Source: a virus
Lineage: Duplodnaviria; Caudoviricetes
Direction: 5' to 3' (one strand)
Virus record (IMG/VR): IMGVR_UViG_3300034418_001895
Coordinates: 1-41,399 of that record
Length of the DNA stretch: 41,399 nucleotides
Position numbers and translations under genes: made by a program. The notes beneath the pieces are model-generated. The model did no database searches. It saw nothing but the letters and a program-made list of their open reading frames with translations, and was not told where the DNA came from. Below, piece after piece: positions 26,943-36,245 of the stretch (its first letter is position 1; every line of letters starts with the position of its first letter).

Positions 26943-27656
26943 CTAAAACGGAATGTCGTCGTCGAAGTCGTCGTCCACTACCTGCTCTTCCTTCTCGGCT
27001 TTCTTCTTTGGAGCAGGCTCTGGAGCTGGGGCGGCTTCACCCTTTGCCATTGCGGCTCTTAGCTCGAAGCAAGGCTCTACCTTATCCTTTCCGGGTTCGT
27101 CGCACCCACCGATCTGCCACTGCATGAATCGTGGCAAGCCGTCGAACACGTCGCAAGCAATCTTACTGGCTTTGCCTGAGTTGCCGTTAAACTCATTGCA
27201 GTAATCCTCTAAGTCGAAGACAACCTGATCGTTTACCGTTGGCACTTTCTTTGCCCCACCATCGGCGCAGAAGACACCCTGAACCTTGGCGTTGCCGCCA
27301 CTGGTCAAACCGACATCAACCTTGCACGTTGTACCCAAGATCTTGGTCAGGTCAAACGACCCCAGTTCTTCTTCGGTAAAGGATTTGTTGCGCCATGCCT
27401 GTAAATGCTGCCGCAGTTTTGCGCGTTCATTCAAACTTAACGTATACTCGCAACTGATCGACATGGGGCGATCGTCTGCCATACGAAGCTCGGGTAACTC
27501 CCAAAAAATAAAGACGATGTGCTTCTTGCTGACCTCGCCTTGGTACTCTTTCATGTTGGTTCCAGCATCCACCAACTTGTAGCAGATTGCGTTGTGTGTG
27601 CCAGTCGGGACTTGCTCGAAGTCTGATCCGCCGCCACCAGTTGCTATGATTCCCAT
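26943..27656 (-). CDS. Single-stranded DNA-binding protein (phage type)
   Basis: Acidic C-terminal tip DDDFDDDIPF; OB-like N-terminus; start reassigned to ATG 27656 after AAGGA. Confidence 0.75.
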   Translation of the reverse strand: MGIIATGGGGSDFEQVPTGTHNAICYKLVDAGTNMKEYQGEVSKKHIVFIFWELPELRMADDRPMSISCEYTLSLNERAKLRQHLQAWRNKSFTEEELGSFDLTKILGTTCKVDVGLTSGGNAKVQGVFCADGGAKKVPTVNDQVVFDLEDYCNEFNGNSGKASKIACDVFDGLPRFMQWQIGGCDEPGKDKVEPCFELRAAMAKGEAAPAPEPAPKKKAEKEEQVVDDDFDDDIPF

Positions 27657-27731
27657 CGTTTTTCCTTGTGTGTTTGCAAAATGTTGTACTATTATGCACA
27701 TCTGGGAAAACGTGATCAAGGTGAATTTTAC

Positions 27732-29888
27732 ATGGGATTAAAAATAACTGACGGCAAAAGCAAAGACTTCAGCCGACCATTGAGTGGTGACCTGAGAGGT
27801 GAGTTCGAGTCTTTTCTTTTGTCGAATGGCATGACGGTAGAGTCAAAGAAGGGGTTAGTCATAGGCGGCGACATTGGTCGCGCTTATATGGACGTTGGTG
27901 GCAAGCAGAAGCTCGTCGGGTGGTATCAGGTGTGGCTGGATCAGGACGTACCCTTCGGTCGCTGTGGTGATCGCACGGTGAGCAACGATGAGCCGACCGC
28001 GACGTGGAAGCCTGACAACGCGGTGAACCACAAGATGACCGACGAGGAGCGCGAACAGATCAGGATGCTGTCCGAGCAGAAGGCCAAGGACTTAGAGGAA
28101 GATCAGAGGCAGGCCGCAAGGCTTGCCAAGGAGCGTTGGGACAGTTATCCCGAGGCGACAGAGGACAACCTATACCTTCAGCGCAAGGGCGTAGCGAACC
28201 ATGGTCTCAGGCAGCGGGGCAATCGTCTGGTTCTGCCTATGCTAGATAAGAAGCTTGAGATCGTTGGGTTGCAGTACATCGACGGCGATGGCCAGAAGCT
28301 TTTTATGAAGCATAGCAAGAAGGCTGGTTCATTCTTCGTCATCGACCCGCAGCAGATGCGGACGGCGCACACCATTAATTATGTCGAGGGATATGCCACG
28401 GGTGCGAGTTACTACGCAGACCTTGGTCAGCCCGTGGTTATCTGTTTCGACGCATACAACCTATCCAAGGTCGCAGAGACAATCAGCGGATGGTTTCCCG
28501 AGGCGAAGCATGTCTTCATTGCCGACTGTGATGACACCAAGACGGGCGAGGTTGAGGCAGTTAAAGCCGCGCAGGTAGTGCGTCGTATCGGCGCTCAGGC
28601 CGAGGTGTTGATACCGCAGAGCAAGGGTGACTACAACGACCACGCGCTGGAGGGTGAGCTACTGCCCGACTTGAACAAGGTTAACGTGCCGGTCGAGTAC
28701 CAGTGGAACACCAGCGAGAAGGGTCGGATGCTGAACACTAAGGACAATGTCCGAGGTGTGCTGACGGTCAATCAGATCAGCGTACATTACAACGTGATTA
28801 AGAAGGCCATGGAGATCAACATACCGCACAGCAACTTCATAGCCGATATGCGTGACGAGTCGAGCCTGATCGAGATCGAAGATCGCTGCATACAGATGGG
28901 TGTGCCGCACCAGAAGGTGAGGGATTACCTGAAGCTCTTGGCGAAGGAATACAACCCTGTTAAGGAATGGATCGAGAGTAGGCCATGGGACGGCACCAGC
29001 AGGATGCAGGAGTTCCTGAGCACGATCAAGAGCACCAACGAGCCGCTGAAAGAGATGCTCATGACCAAGTGGCTTATCGGTTGCGTGGCCGCAGCATTTG
29101 AACCAAACGGTGTATCCCTCGAAGGCATCTTGGTCTTCCAAGGCGCTCAGGGCTTAGGTAAGACCCTTTGGTTTAAGCGTTTGGCGGATTACGATAAGGG
29201 CTGGCTGCTAGAGGGTGCGACACTGAACCCAAACGACAAGGACAGTGTGAAGCAGGTTGTGAGCCATTGGATAGCAGAATTGGGAGAGCTGGGCAGCACG
29301 TTTAAGAGGGCGGATATCGACTCATTAAAGCAGTTCACGGGCAAGAAGGTGGACGAGCTGCGCCTACCCTATGACCGAGCCAGCACCACGTACCAGAGGC
29401 GTACCGCATTCTATGGCAGCGTCAACGAGCGCGAGTTTTTGATTGATACCACAGGTAACAGGCGGTTCTGGGTCGTCGCCGTGACCGATATCAATGCAAA
29501 CCATGGGATCGACATGCAGCAGTTGTGGGCAGAGATCAGGGAGACGTTGTACCAGAGGAAGAGCTGGTATCTCAACGCAGAGGAGCGAGAGTTGCTCCAG
29601 AGCAGCAACGAGACCTACCGCACCCAGAGCACCGTCGAAGATCTCATCCTCGAACACGTACACTTCCAGAGCCAGAACACCAAGCCAGTGCAGATGACAA
29701 AGCTGCTACGAGACCTCGGAATAGGTCAGCCAAGGATGCCGGATATCAAGGATGCGAGCAGGGTACTAGCGCAGTTTGGGCTTGAACCTCGCAAAAGTAA
29801 TGGCAAAAAAGTGTACGACTTGGACTACACAAAGGTGGAAATCGGTAGCGCGGATCGATTTAGTGATAGCTGGGGGAAGGATTTCTAA
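27732..29888 (+). CDS. Primase-helicase (Toprim domain plus VirE/VapE-type P-loop ATPase)
   Basis: YL..KG, EGYATG, ADCD, GDYND Toprim motifs; GAQGLGKT Walker A; RLPYDR, GSVN, TGNRRFW VirE motifs. Start reassigned to ATG 27732. Confidence 0.88.
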   Translation: MGLKITDGKSKDFSRPLSGDLRGEFESFLLSNGMTVESKKGLVIGGDIGRAYMDVGGKQKLVGWYQVWLDQDVPFGRCGDRTVSNDEPTATWKPDNAVNHKMTDEEREQIRMLSEQKAKDLEEDQRQAARLAKERWDSYPEATEDNLYLQRKGVANHGLRQRGNRLVLPMLDKKLEIVGLQYIDGDGQKLFMKHSKKAGSFFVIDPQQMRTAHTINYVEGYATGASYYADLGQPVVICFDAYNLSKVAETISGWFPEAKHVFIADCDDTKTGEVEAVKAAQVVRRIGAQAEVLIPQSKGDYNDHALEGELLPDLNKVNVPVEYQWNTSEKGRMLNTKDNVRGVLTVNQISVHYNVIKKAMEINIPHSNFIADMRDESSLIEIEDRCIQMGVPHQKVRDYLKLLAKEYNPVKEWIESRPWDGTSRMQEFLSTIKSTNEPLKEMLMTKWLIGCVAAAFEPNGVSLEGILVFQGAQGLGKTLWFKRLADYDKGWLLEGATLNPNDKDSVKQVVSHWIAELGELGSTFKRADIDSLKQFTGKKVDELRLPYDRASTTYQRRTAFYGSVNEREFLIDTTGNRRFWVVAVTDINANHGIDMQQLWAEIRETLYQRKSWYLNAEERELLQSSNETYRTQSTVEDLILEHVHFQSQNTKPVQMTKLLRDLGIGQPRMPDIKDASRVLAQFGLEPRKSNGKKVYDLDYTKVEIGSADRFSDSWGKDF

Positions 29889-30080
29889 GGGTATGTCAAT
29901 TGATACCCTATTTGAAAGTGTTATAAGTGCTTGATATGTTTAATGTTCTTAACAGGGTAGGGTAGGGTACCTTAAATAAAATATAAATATATATATACAG
30001 TAATGGGTATGGACAGTGGGAAGTGCTCATAGAGGTTTTAAAAAAGTTTTGATGCGCTGTACCCTGCCCCCTGTACCCTA
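29888..30080. other. Putative replication origin
   Basis: AGGGTA/TACCCT direct and inverted repeats around an AT-only tract, with an exact IHF consensus at 29924-29936; directly after the primase-helicase. Confidence 0.6.
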
Positions 30081-30096
30081 ATGAAGGAGAAGGCGG

Positions 30097-30303
30097 ATGG
30101 AAAGGTTCGTGTATGATCGGGAATCGGATGAGGAAAACAACTTCAGGCGATGGAGGTTGATGAACTCAGACGAGCGGGACAGCGTCAGGCAAGCGCCTCT
30201 TTCAGAGGAAGAGGCGCGGGTAGTGTTCAATGAATTAAGGAGCAGCGGATGGCTGACGACAAGCCCAGACGAGGAAGGCCAAGGAAAGAGCGCAAGCAGT
30301 TAG
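30097..30303 (+). CDS. Small hypothetical protein
   Basis: AAGGAG RBS; 68 aa; overlaps the terS start. Confidence 0.6.
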   Translation: MERFVYDRESDEENNFRRWRLMNSDERDSVRQAPLSEEEARVVFNELRSSGWLTTSPDEEGQGKSASS

Positions 30304-30776
30304 TCGAGACCCCCAAGACATTCTTGGCTGACGACGAGGCAGGGATCACTGACATGCAGACAGCGTTCGTCTGGCATTACACCGAGGGCGCGTGTGGGCA
30401 GACAGAAGCGGCGCGAAGGGCTGGGTTCTCATTCCCAGCAAGCGCCGCGACCAAGATGCTCAACGGCAAGGACTTCCCGAAGGTCACGCGAGCGGTTCGC
30501 ATCAAGCAGGATGAGTTGCGAGAGAAGTACGCGATCACACCGCAGAAGACGGGGGCGATGCTGTGGAACATTGCGGAGACGGCTTTCGAGACGGGAGCGT
30601 ACAACGCAGCGGTAAGCGCAGTGAAGGAGTTGAACCAGCTTGCAGGGCTGACGATCCACCGCAGCCAGAACCTAAACATCAACGCAGACTTGCAGAAGAT
30701 GAACAAGGAAGACATCAAGCAGCGGCTGAATGAACTGCTGGGTGTAGAGGCGGAGTTCAACGACAAAGACCATTAA
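30249..30776 (+). CDS. terS: Terminase small subunit
   Basis: ITDMQTAFVWHY...TEAARRAGFS HTH, AAVSAVKELNQLAGL oligomerisation helix; N-terminal AT-hook-like RRGRPRK. Confidence 0.8.
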   Translation: MADDKPRRGRPRKERKQLVETPKTFLADDEAGITDMQTAFVWHYTEGACGQTEAARRAGFSFPASAATKMLNGKDFPKVTRAVRIKQDELREKYAITPQKTGAMLWNIAETAFETGAYNAAVSAVKELNQLAGLTIHRSQNLNINADLQKMNKEDIKQRLNELLGVEAEFNDKDH

Positions 30777-31343
30777 CCTTGTCGGCTTCGCGCATTCCGA
30801 AAAAGAACCTCGTCTTGGCCCCGCCTCCCGCCCGACCCCTCAAAATTCTACAAAAATGCTGATTTTGCCCTTTTTTCGGGGAATTCCCTGCAAAAACAAT
30901 GACTTACGCAGGACGCAGAGGTTGTTCTGGTTGCGCCAAGACTGCGCGGCTCTGAGCAGGGGCGATACGGCCTGCGTCATGACCGCGTCCTGCATGGTTT
31001 ATGCGCCCTCAGAGCGCCCTCAGAGGCCTCTCAGGCGATCTCGGGCGCGAGCAAAGGAACCCTATGGGGTCGGAAAAAGGGGCCGAAATCGCGTTAGATT
31101 GCGACCCCTACACCCCCTTTTTGGCGGTCGCCTGTGGCGCGATGGCTTTAGCAAGGTTTTACTCACCCAGCCACCAAAATTCTGTAAGGGATATTGTTTG
31201 CTTAGAAAGGAACCCTGCCCTTCAGTTTTTTGCTAAGGGGAGCAAAAGCTGATGACGGCTGAGCAGGGTTTTTTCTTGGAAGGACGGTAAAGGTAACCCT
31301 TATAAAATTTTATTTCTATTTTTTTTTCGCATAAACTGTCCCG
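30777..31343. other. Non-coding region, candidate packaging site / genome end
   Basis: 567 bp without a convincing gene after terS; AAGG(T)AACCCT three times; IHF-like site 30894-30906; homopolymer runs. Confidence 0.45.
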
Positions 31344-31754
31344 ATGGCGGATTCAAGAAACAAGGGGGCATCATTCGAGCGCGATTGCGTAAAGCGCATC
31401 AATGCGTTTGCCGAAGAGCATGCCCTTGGCTTTACCTGCAAGCGTAATCTTGATCAATACCAAACCGCCGACCTGTGTGACATCCAGATCCCGGGCCACG
31501 CGCTTGAGTGTAAGGCTTACAAGTCTGGCTGGTGGTACGCAACCGCGTGGTGGGATCAGGTCTGCGCGGCCTGTGGTGATAATGTTCCGATTCTGATATA
31601 CAAGTTTAATAACAAGGCGATCAGGGTATGCCTGCCGCTGTATGCGATTAACGAAAATTTGCCGCGAGATAACTCTCGTACAGCGGTTATCACCCTCGAC
31701 GAGTGGTTCGTGCTGTTGAAAGAGTATTTTGATGCCCAGCAAGAGGCCGCGTAA
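31344..31754 (+). CDS. Holliday junction resolvase (Hjc-like PD-(D/E)XK nuclease)
   Basis: SRNKGASFER...D...ECK...WW.Q...P.LIYK motifs. Confidence 0.8.
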   Translation: MADSRNKGASFERDCVKRINAFAEEHALGFTCKRNLDQYQTADLCDIQIPGHALECKAYKSGWWYATAWWDQVCAACGDNVPILIYKFNNKAIRVCLPLYAINENLPRDNSRTAVITLDEWFVLLKEYFDAQQEAA

Positions 31755-34700
31755 TGCCGAGATTTGATGATATCGACATCTTTGGGTACAACTTGGGTGG
31801 CTCGGTCGGTCAGATGATGGGGAGAACCCCTGACCCTGAGCTGCCCGAGTTGACCAGTGCCCAGATGGCCAACATTGGGGCCGCATTTGCTGACCCCTTT
31901 GGCCTAATTGACATTACCGGCGAGATGCCTGAGTTCCCTGCGGGTAATGTTTCGATCTCTGGCATGGTCATGGAAGGCCCGAGGTCGCCTAGCCTTGTTG
32001 AAAATTTGCGCGAGGGTAACTACGGGTCAGCGGTTCTTCAGGGAATTGGCGTGGTGCCCGTTGTTGGTGGTGTTATGAGAGCTGCCCGTGGCTTGGGTAA
32101 GGCTGCTGATCGTCTTGAGAGAGCTAAGAAGGCTGGTTTCGACACCGATACGGTGTATTACCATGCCACGGATAAAGATTTTTTAGAATTTGAGCCATCA
32201 ACCAAAGGCAAGCTTGGGCCGGGAATCTATGCATCTCCAGACCCGCAATATGCTCAACGCTACATTCGCGCCAGTAATCGAGGCATTGAGCCGGGTACTG
32301 GAACCCCAGACTTTGTTCCAGACGCTAGGGTATTACCTATATTTATTAGGGGCAAGATTGGCGACATTAATGATTACGAAAAGGCCTCAGAGAAGGCAAA
32401 GAAGTCTTTAAGCAAGAAATTTCAAGAATTGGATGACTCTATTGACCCTGAAGGCTTAAAAGATCCTGATAGCAGAAGCAGGTTTAGGGATGTTTATCGA
32501 CAAAAGCTTTCGATGCAGAAACAAAAGGCCCAAGAGATATTGGCCAAGGACGGGTTCTCAGGCTTCAAGGTTGGTGATGAGCTTGTCGTCTTCAATCCAA
32601 AGGATGTTCGCTCTGTAAATGCCGTTTTTGAAGATCCAAAATCCGCCGAGCTGCTCAAAGCCAACGGCGGCGAGATACGCAAGTTTGCTGGCGGTGGCAT
32701 CATCAATCTGATCGCCAAGGGTGCATTTGATCCTCGGTTTGACCCACGGGTTAAGGAGCAGGATATGCTCCGCAACCTTGAGGCTGAGATTGTAGAGAGG
32801 GCTGACACTCAGCCCATGCCCGGCCTTTCGTTATCTGAGCTTGAGGGTGAAGATTTTGTCACCTCGATGACTGATAGAACCCGCGCTGGTGCTGACGTTA
32901 GGAGCATCAATAGAATTGAGTTGATTGACCCGATATATCTACCGGGCGGTCAGGGTTTTATGTTCAACAATCCCAGCGCGGTTTGGGCTTCTGCTGAGAT
33001 GCCATCGCGTCAGATCTTGGAGATGGCCAGAGACCTGAAGTCTAAGTCTGGAAAAGACCCCTTGTATATCCCATGGCGCATGGCACCTTCTGGTGGTGAT
33101 TTTGCCACCACCACGGGTGAGTTAATGCTTGGTTACGCCGCAGCCAATATGACCAAGGCCACCAAAAAGGCTTTGGATAAGGCGATCAGGGCGTATAGAA
33201 CCAAAGGCAGCATGGTTAAGGGTAAGCGCGTTGGCGCTGGCAGAAAGATTGAGGGCTGGAAGGGTATTGATGACCCCAGCGCCGTTCAGGCTTGGCGAAA
33301 CGCGCCAGACTCTGTGCGAAAAGAACTCATGAACATGATGGACGTAGAGTTCCGCAACAAAGGCGGTTTATCCATAGGCGCGGCACGTTTAATCAACGCT
33401 GATCCTACGCAGCTCGTTGGTCGTGATGCTGGCATTCAGAACGTGGGCCGTATTTTTGCTGATATCGACATATTTGAGTCCGATCACCCGTCTTATCCCT
33501 TTGCGGTGCCGGGAGCTGGCGTAGGTGTACTCAGGAAGGCTGATGAGGCAACGGTTTTCGACCTATTACCAGAGGCTAGATTCGGCGCGTCTCAGAAGAA
33601 AGTAAAAGATCCTGCGAACCCAACGGCCCAAGAAGTACGTGCGCTTCAGATGAAGCCTTATGGCGGCACAATTACTGAGAAAATACTTCGCCGCATGGAA
33701 GCTCGCGGTGTCGATATCAACTCTATCGCAGGGCTTTCTGGTGGTGCCCTGACTTTCACCCTTTTGTCGGCTGGCTTAGTGACTCCGCAGGAGGCTGAGG
33801 CTGGAGTGATCAAGGAATTTGCCGAGCGAATGATGAAAGCTGATCAGATGGGCCTTTCTACCGATCAGATCCTGTATCACGGCTCTACTTTTGATATCGA
33901 AAAGTTTGTGCCCAGCCCTAATACAGACAACGATTTTGGTCAAGGCACCTACTTGACCATTTCGCCTAGCGATGCTTCTAGAAACTACGCAGGCGAAGGG
34001 CCAGATCTAACCAATCGCATCAACCTGCTTTCTGAGCAAATACAAGACAGCTTGGAAAGTGGCTGGGATCTAAACCCAGAATTTTGGGGCAAGATAAACG
34101 ACCCAGAAGTGTTTGCCAAAGTTGAAAAGCTGGTTGATGAGTTTCAGGAAAATCGTGACAGCGCGGTGCTTGAAAAGGCCGCTAACCTCGCCGCCAAAAC
34201 CATTCTTAAAGGTGACAATGAAGGCGTGGTCTACCCTGTTTTTGTGAACAACAACGACTTTGCGGTCATCGGTGGTAAGAACAAGACGGTTATCGATATC
34301 GATCGGGAACAGTATTACGACTCGGCTAGAGAGGAATTAGACCGATCTGATTTTGATAGCGATGATGATTTTGAGGACGCTGTATTCCAATACGCTTATG
34401 AGCTTGAAAATAATGATTACGAAAGCCCGATTGCAAGTCTTGCAGATACGCTCAAGTATGCTGGCGCAAGCGATGAAGCGGTTGCCGAGGCAATAGGTTG
34501 GGTTTCGGACGCAGGCGAAATAGATTTAACTGAAATCAATGACATCATCCGCAGGTCTTACAGTGAAGATTTTGACACTGGCGAAATGCTTAACAACGGC
34601 CAGATCATGCAGAATGTTCTGACCGATCTTGGTTACAAGGGCGTTGTAGACAATACAACTGGCACTAAATTCGCCAACATGGGTTCAGGGGGCATGCACA

Positions 34701-36103
34701 CGATCGTGTTCCCGGGTAACGAGAACCTAATCCGCTCGATCAATGCTAAGTTCGATCCAGAAAACGCTGACTCACCGAACATACTGGCCAGTGCCCCGCC
34801 AATCTTGGCCCCCGTTGCTGGCGCTACTTTTTTGGCCACCGCATTGTCATCTCAAGAAGCCGAAGCTGGCGGGTTAGGTAGCCTGCATTCCTCGATGAAG
34901 AAGGCTAGGGCCGAAAGCGTCAAGCAAGCAAAAGAACAGGGTTATGATTTAGACAACGTCATGTACCACGCGAGCAAGCAAGATATCGATGAGTTTGTGC
35001 CGGGCTTCTCTGACGGGTTAGTTTTTTTGACTCCCGATAAGGAGTTTGCAAACAACTGGCTTGGCAAGGGCAAGTTCCAAGAAAGGCAGGGTGGAACGGG
35101 TGCCATTGAAGGTGTGAGGGCTGAGAAAAAACGCTTCATGGAAGAACAAAATGAAATAATGAAGTCGATGCCAGAAGACCAGCGGCAGAAATACTATGAA
35201 GAAGTGGTTTGGCCGCAAAGAAGCAGAATGATAACCGAAGAGCGAGAAGCTGATGCCGCCATCTACCCCGTAGTCACTAGGACTAAAAAGCCGTTTGTGC
35301 CAAGCAAGGATGTTGATGTCTTAGAGGATTTGTACGGTAAAGAGTACCTAGACGCACCATTCGGCAGCGGGTTTCCTACATACAGAGATGCCTTAAAAGA
35401 CGGCAATTACCTCCTGTATGAAAACAAACAGGTTGTGGATTTCCTGAAAAGCAAGGGTTACGACTCGATGTTTTTGAAAGAGAGCGCCGGTGAAAACAAG
35501 CCATTCACCACACTGGCCGTTTTCGAGCCGAATAACATAAGGTCAGTCAACGCAAAGTTTGATCCTAAGAAAAAAGATTCACCCCAGATATTGGCCAGTG
35601 CCCCTTTTGTTGGCGGCGCAGCCTTAGCCATGGGGTCTATGCAAGACGCTCGCGCAGCTCAGTTGGCTGCTGAAGCCGCTGGCGCTGAAGTCTTTATGGA
35701 CGCAGCGTCGGGAATAGTCAGCCCAATTGCTGGAGGTCTTGTTGGTCTTTTGGAGTATCTCAACCCCTATAGCGACAGAGAGGGTAAGGGCGAAAGGATC
35801 AAGCGATACAGGGAAGGCGTTGCTGAGGCGCTCAATTACGAGCCACGCAGCGAGTTAGCACAAGGAATGAGCCAAGAGGCGATGGAAGGTATTGCTGGCC
35901 TATTGCAACCAGCGGTTGAAGCAGCGGCCCCGACCGCTAGACGGTTTATTGATTACGCTACCGATCCAAGCAACGTGATGACCGAGGATTACCGTATCAA
36001 TATGATTCCTGCCCTGTATCAAGGTGGCAAGTACCTTTACGAAGACATTTTTGGAGAGCCAGAGCGTGAGGCCGTCAAGAGTGCTGTTGATGTCGTCCTT
36101 TAG
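31754..36103 (+). CDS. Large polyvalent protein with three ADP-ribosyltransferase-like (ART-PolyVal type) domains
   Basis: Three repeats of YH[AG][ST]..F..G.[YF].[ST]..A...[VI].P[IV]...G[FY]...VF.P..[IV]RS[VI]NA.F; TAATG coupling with the resolvase. Confidence 0.75.
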   Translation: MPRFDDIDIFGYNLGGSVGQMMGRTPDPELPELTSAQMANIGAAFADPFGLIDITGEMPEFPAGNVSISGMVMEGPRSPSLVENLREGNYGSAVLQGIGVVPVVGGVMRAARGLGKAADRLERAKKAGFDTDTVYYHATDKDFLEFEPSTKGKLGPGIYASPDPQYAQRYIRASNRGIEPGTGTPDFVPDARVLPIFIRGKIGDINDYEKASEKAKKSLSKKFQELDDSIDPEGLKDPDSRSRFRDVYRQKLSMQKQKAQEILAKDGFSGFKVGDELVVFNPKDVRSVNAVFEDPKSAELLKANGGEIRKFAGGGIINLIAKGAFDPRFDPRVKEQDMLRNLEAEIVERADTQPMPGLSLSELEGEDFVTSMTDRTRAGADVRSINRIELIDPIYLPGGQGFMFNNPSAVWASAEMPSRQILEMARDLKSKSGKDPLYIPWRMAPSGGDFATTTGELMLGYAAANMTKATKKALDKAIRAYRTKGSMVKGKRVGAGRKIEGWKGIDDPSAVQAWRNAPDSVRKELMNMMDVEFRNKGGLSIGAARLINADPTQLVGRDAGIQNVGRIFADIDIFESDHPSYPFAVPGAGVGVLRKADEATVFDLLPEARFGASQKKVKDPANPTAQEVRALQMKPYGGTITEKILRRMEARGVDINSIAGLSGGALTFTLLSAGLVTPQEAEAGVIKEFAERMMKADQMGLSTDQILYHGSTFDIEKFVPSPNTDNDFGQGTYLTISPSDASRNYAGEGPDLTNRINLLSEQIQDSLESGWDLNPEFWGKINDPEVFAKVEKLVDEFQENRDSAVLEKAANLAAKTILKGDNEGVVYPVFVNNNDFAVIGGKNKTVIDIDREQYYDSAREELDRSDFDSDDDFEDAVFQYAYELENNDYESPIASLADTLKYAGASDEAVAEAIGWVSDAGEIDLTEINDIIRRSYSEDFDTGEMLNNGQIMQNVLTDLGYKGVVDNTTGTKFANMGSGGMHTIVFPGNENLIRSINAKFDPENADSPNILASAPPILAPVAGATFLATALSSQEAEAGGLGSLHSSMKKARAESVKQAKEQGYDLDNVMYHASKQDIDEFVPGFSDGLVFLTPDKEFANNWLGKGKFQERQGGTGAIEGVRAEKKRFMEEQNEIMKSMPEDQRQKYYEEVVWPQRSRMITEEREADAAIYPVVTRTKKPFVPSKDVDVLEDLYGKEYLDAPFGSGFPTYRDALKDGNYLLYENKQVVDFLKSKGYDSMFLKESAGENKPFTTLAVFEPNNIRSVNAKFDPKKKDSPQILASAPFVGGAALAMGSMQDARAAQLAAEAAGAEVFMDAASGIVSPIAGGLVGLLEYLNPYSDREGKGERIKRYREGVAEALNYEPRSELAQGMSQEAMEGIAGLLQPAVEAAAPTARRFIDYATDPSNVMTEDYRINMIPALYQGGKYLYEDIFGEPEREAVKSAVDVVL

Positions 36104-36245
36104 CGAACTCAGCCGTAACCTTGATCGACACCTCTTCGTCCTGATCTAGAGCCTCAGCCAGAGCCTCTTCGATCATGTCCTGAAGCGCGTCGATATCGCT
36201 TAGCTTTTTTACGTCAAGCTCAATCAATACTGTAATCTTTTTCAT
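36075..36245 (-). CDS. Small hypothetical protein
   Basis: ATG 36245 after GGAG; acidic 56-aa product; convergent overlap with the large gene. Confidence 0.5.
   Translation of the reverse strand: MKKITVLIELDVKKLSDIDALQDMIEEALAEALDQDEEVSIKVTAEFAKGRHQQHS

Noticed and set aside
30856-31252. ORFs 30856-31236 and 31001-31252
   Set aside because: No RBS, atypical composition, two overlapping frames across repeats and homopolymer runs; treated as non-coding.
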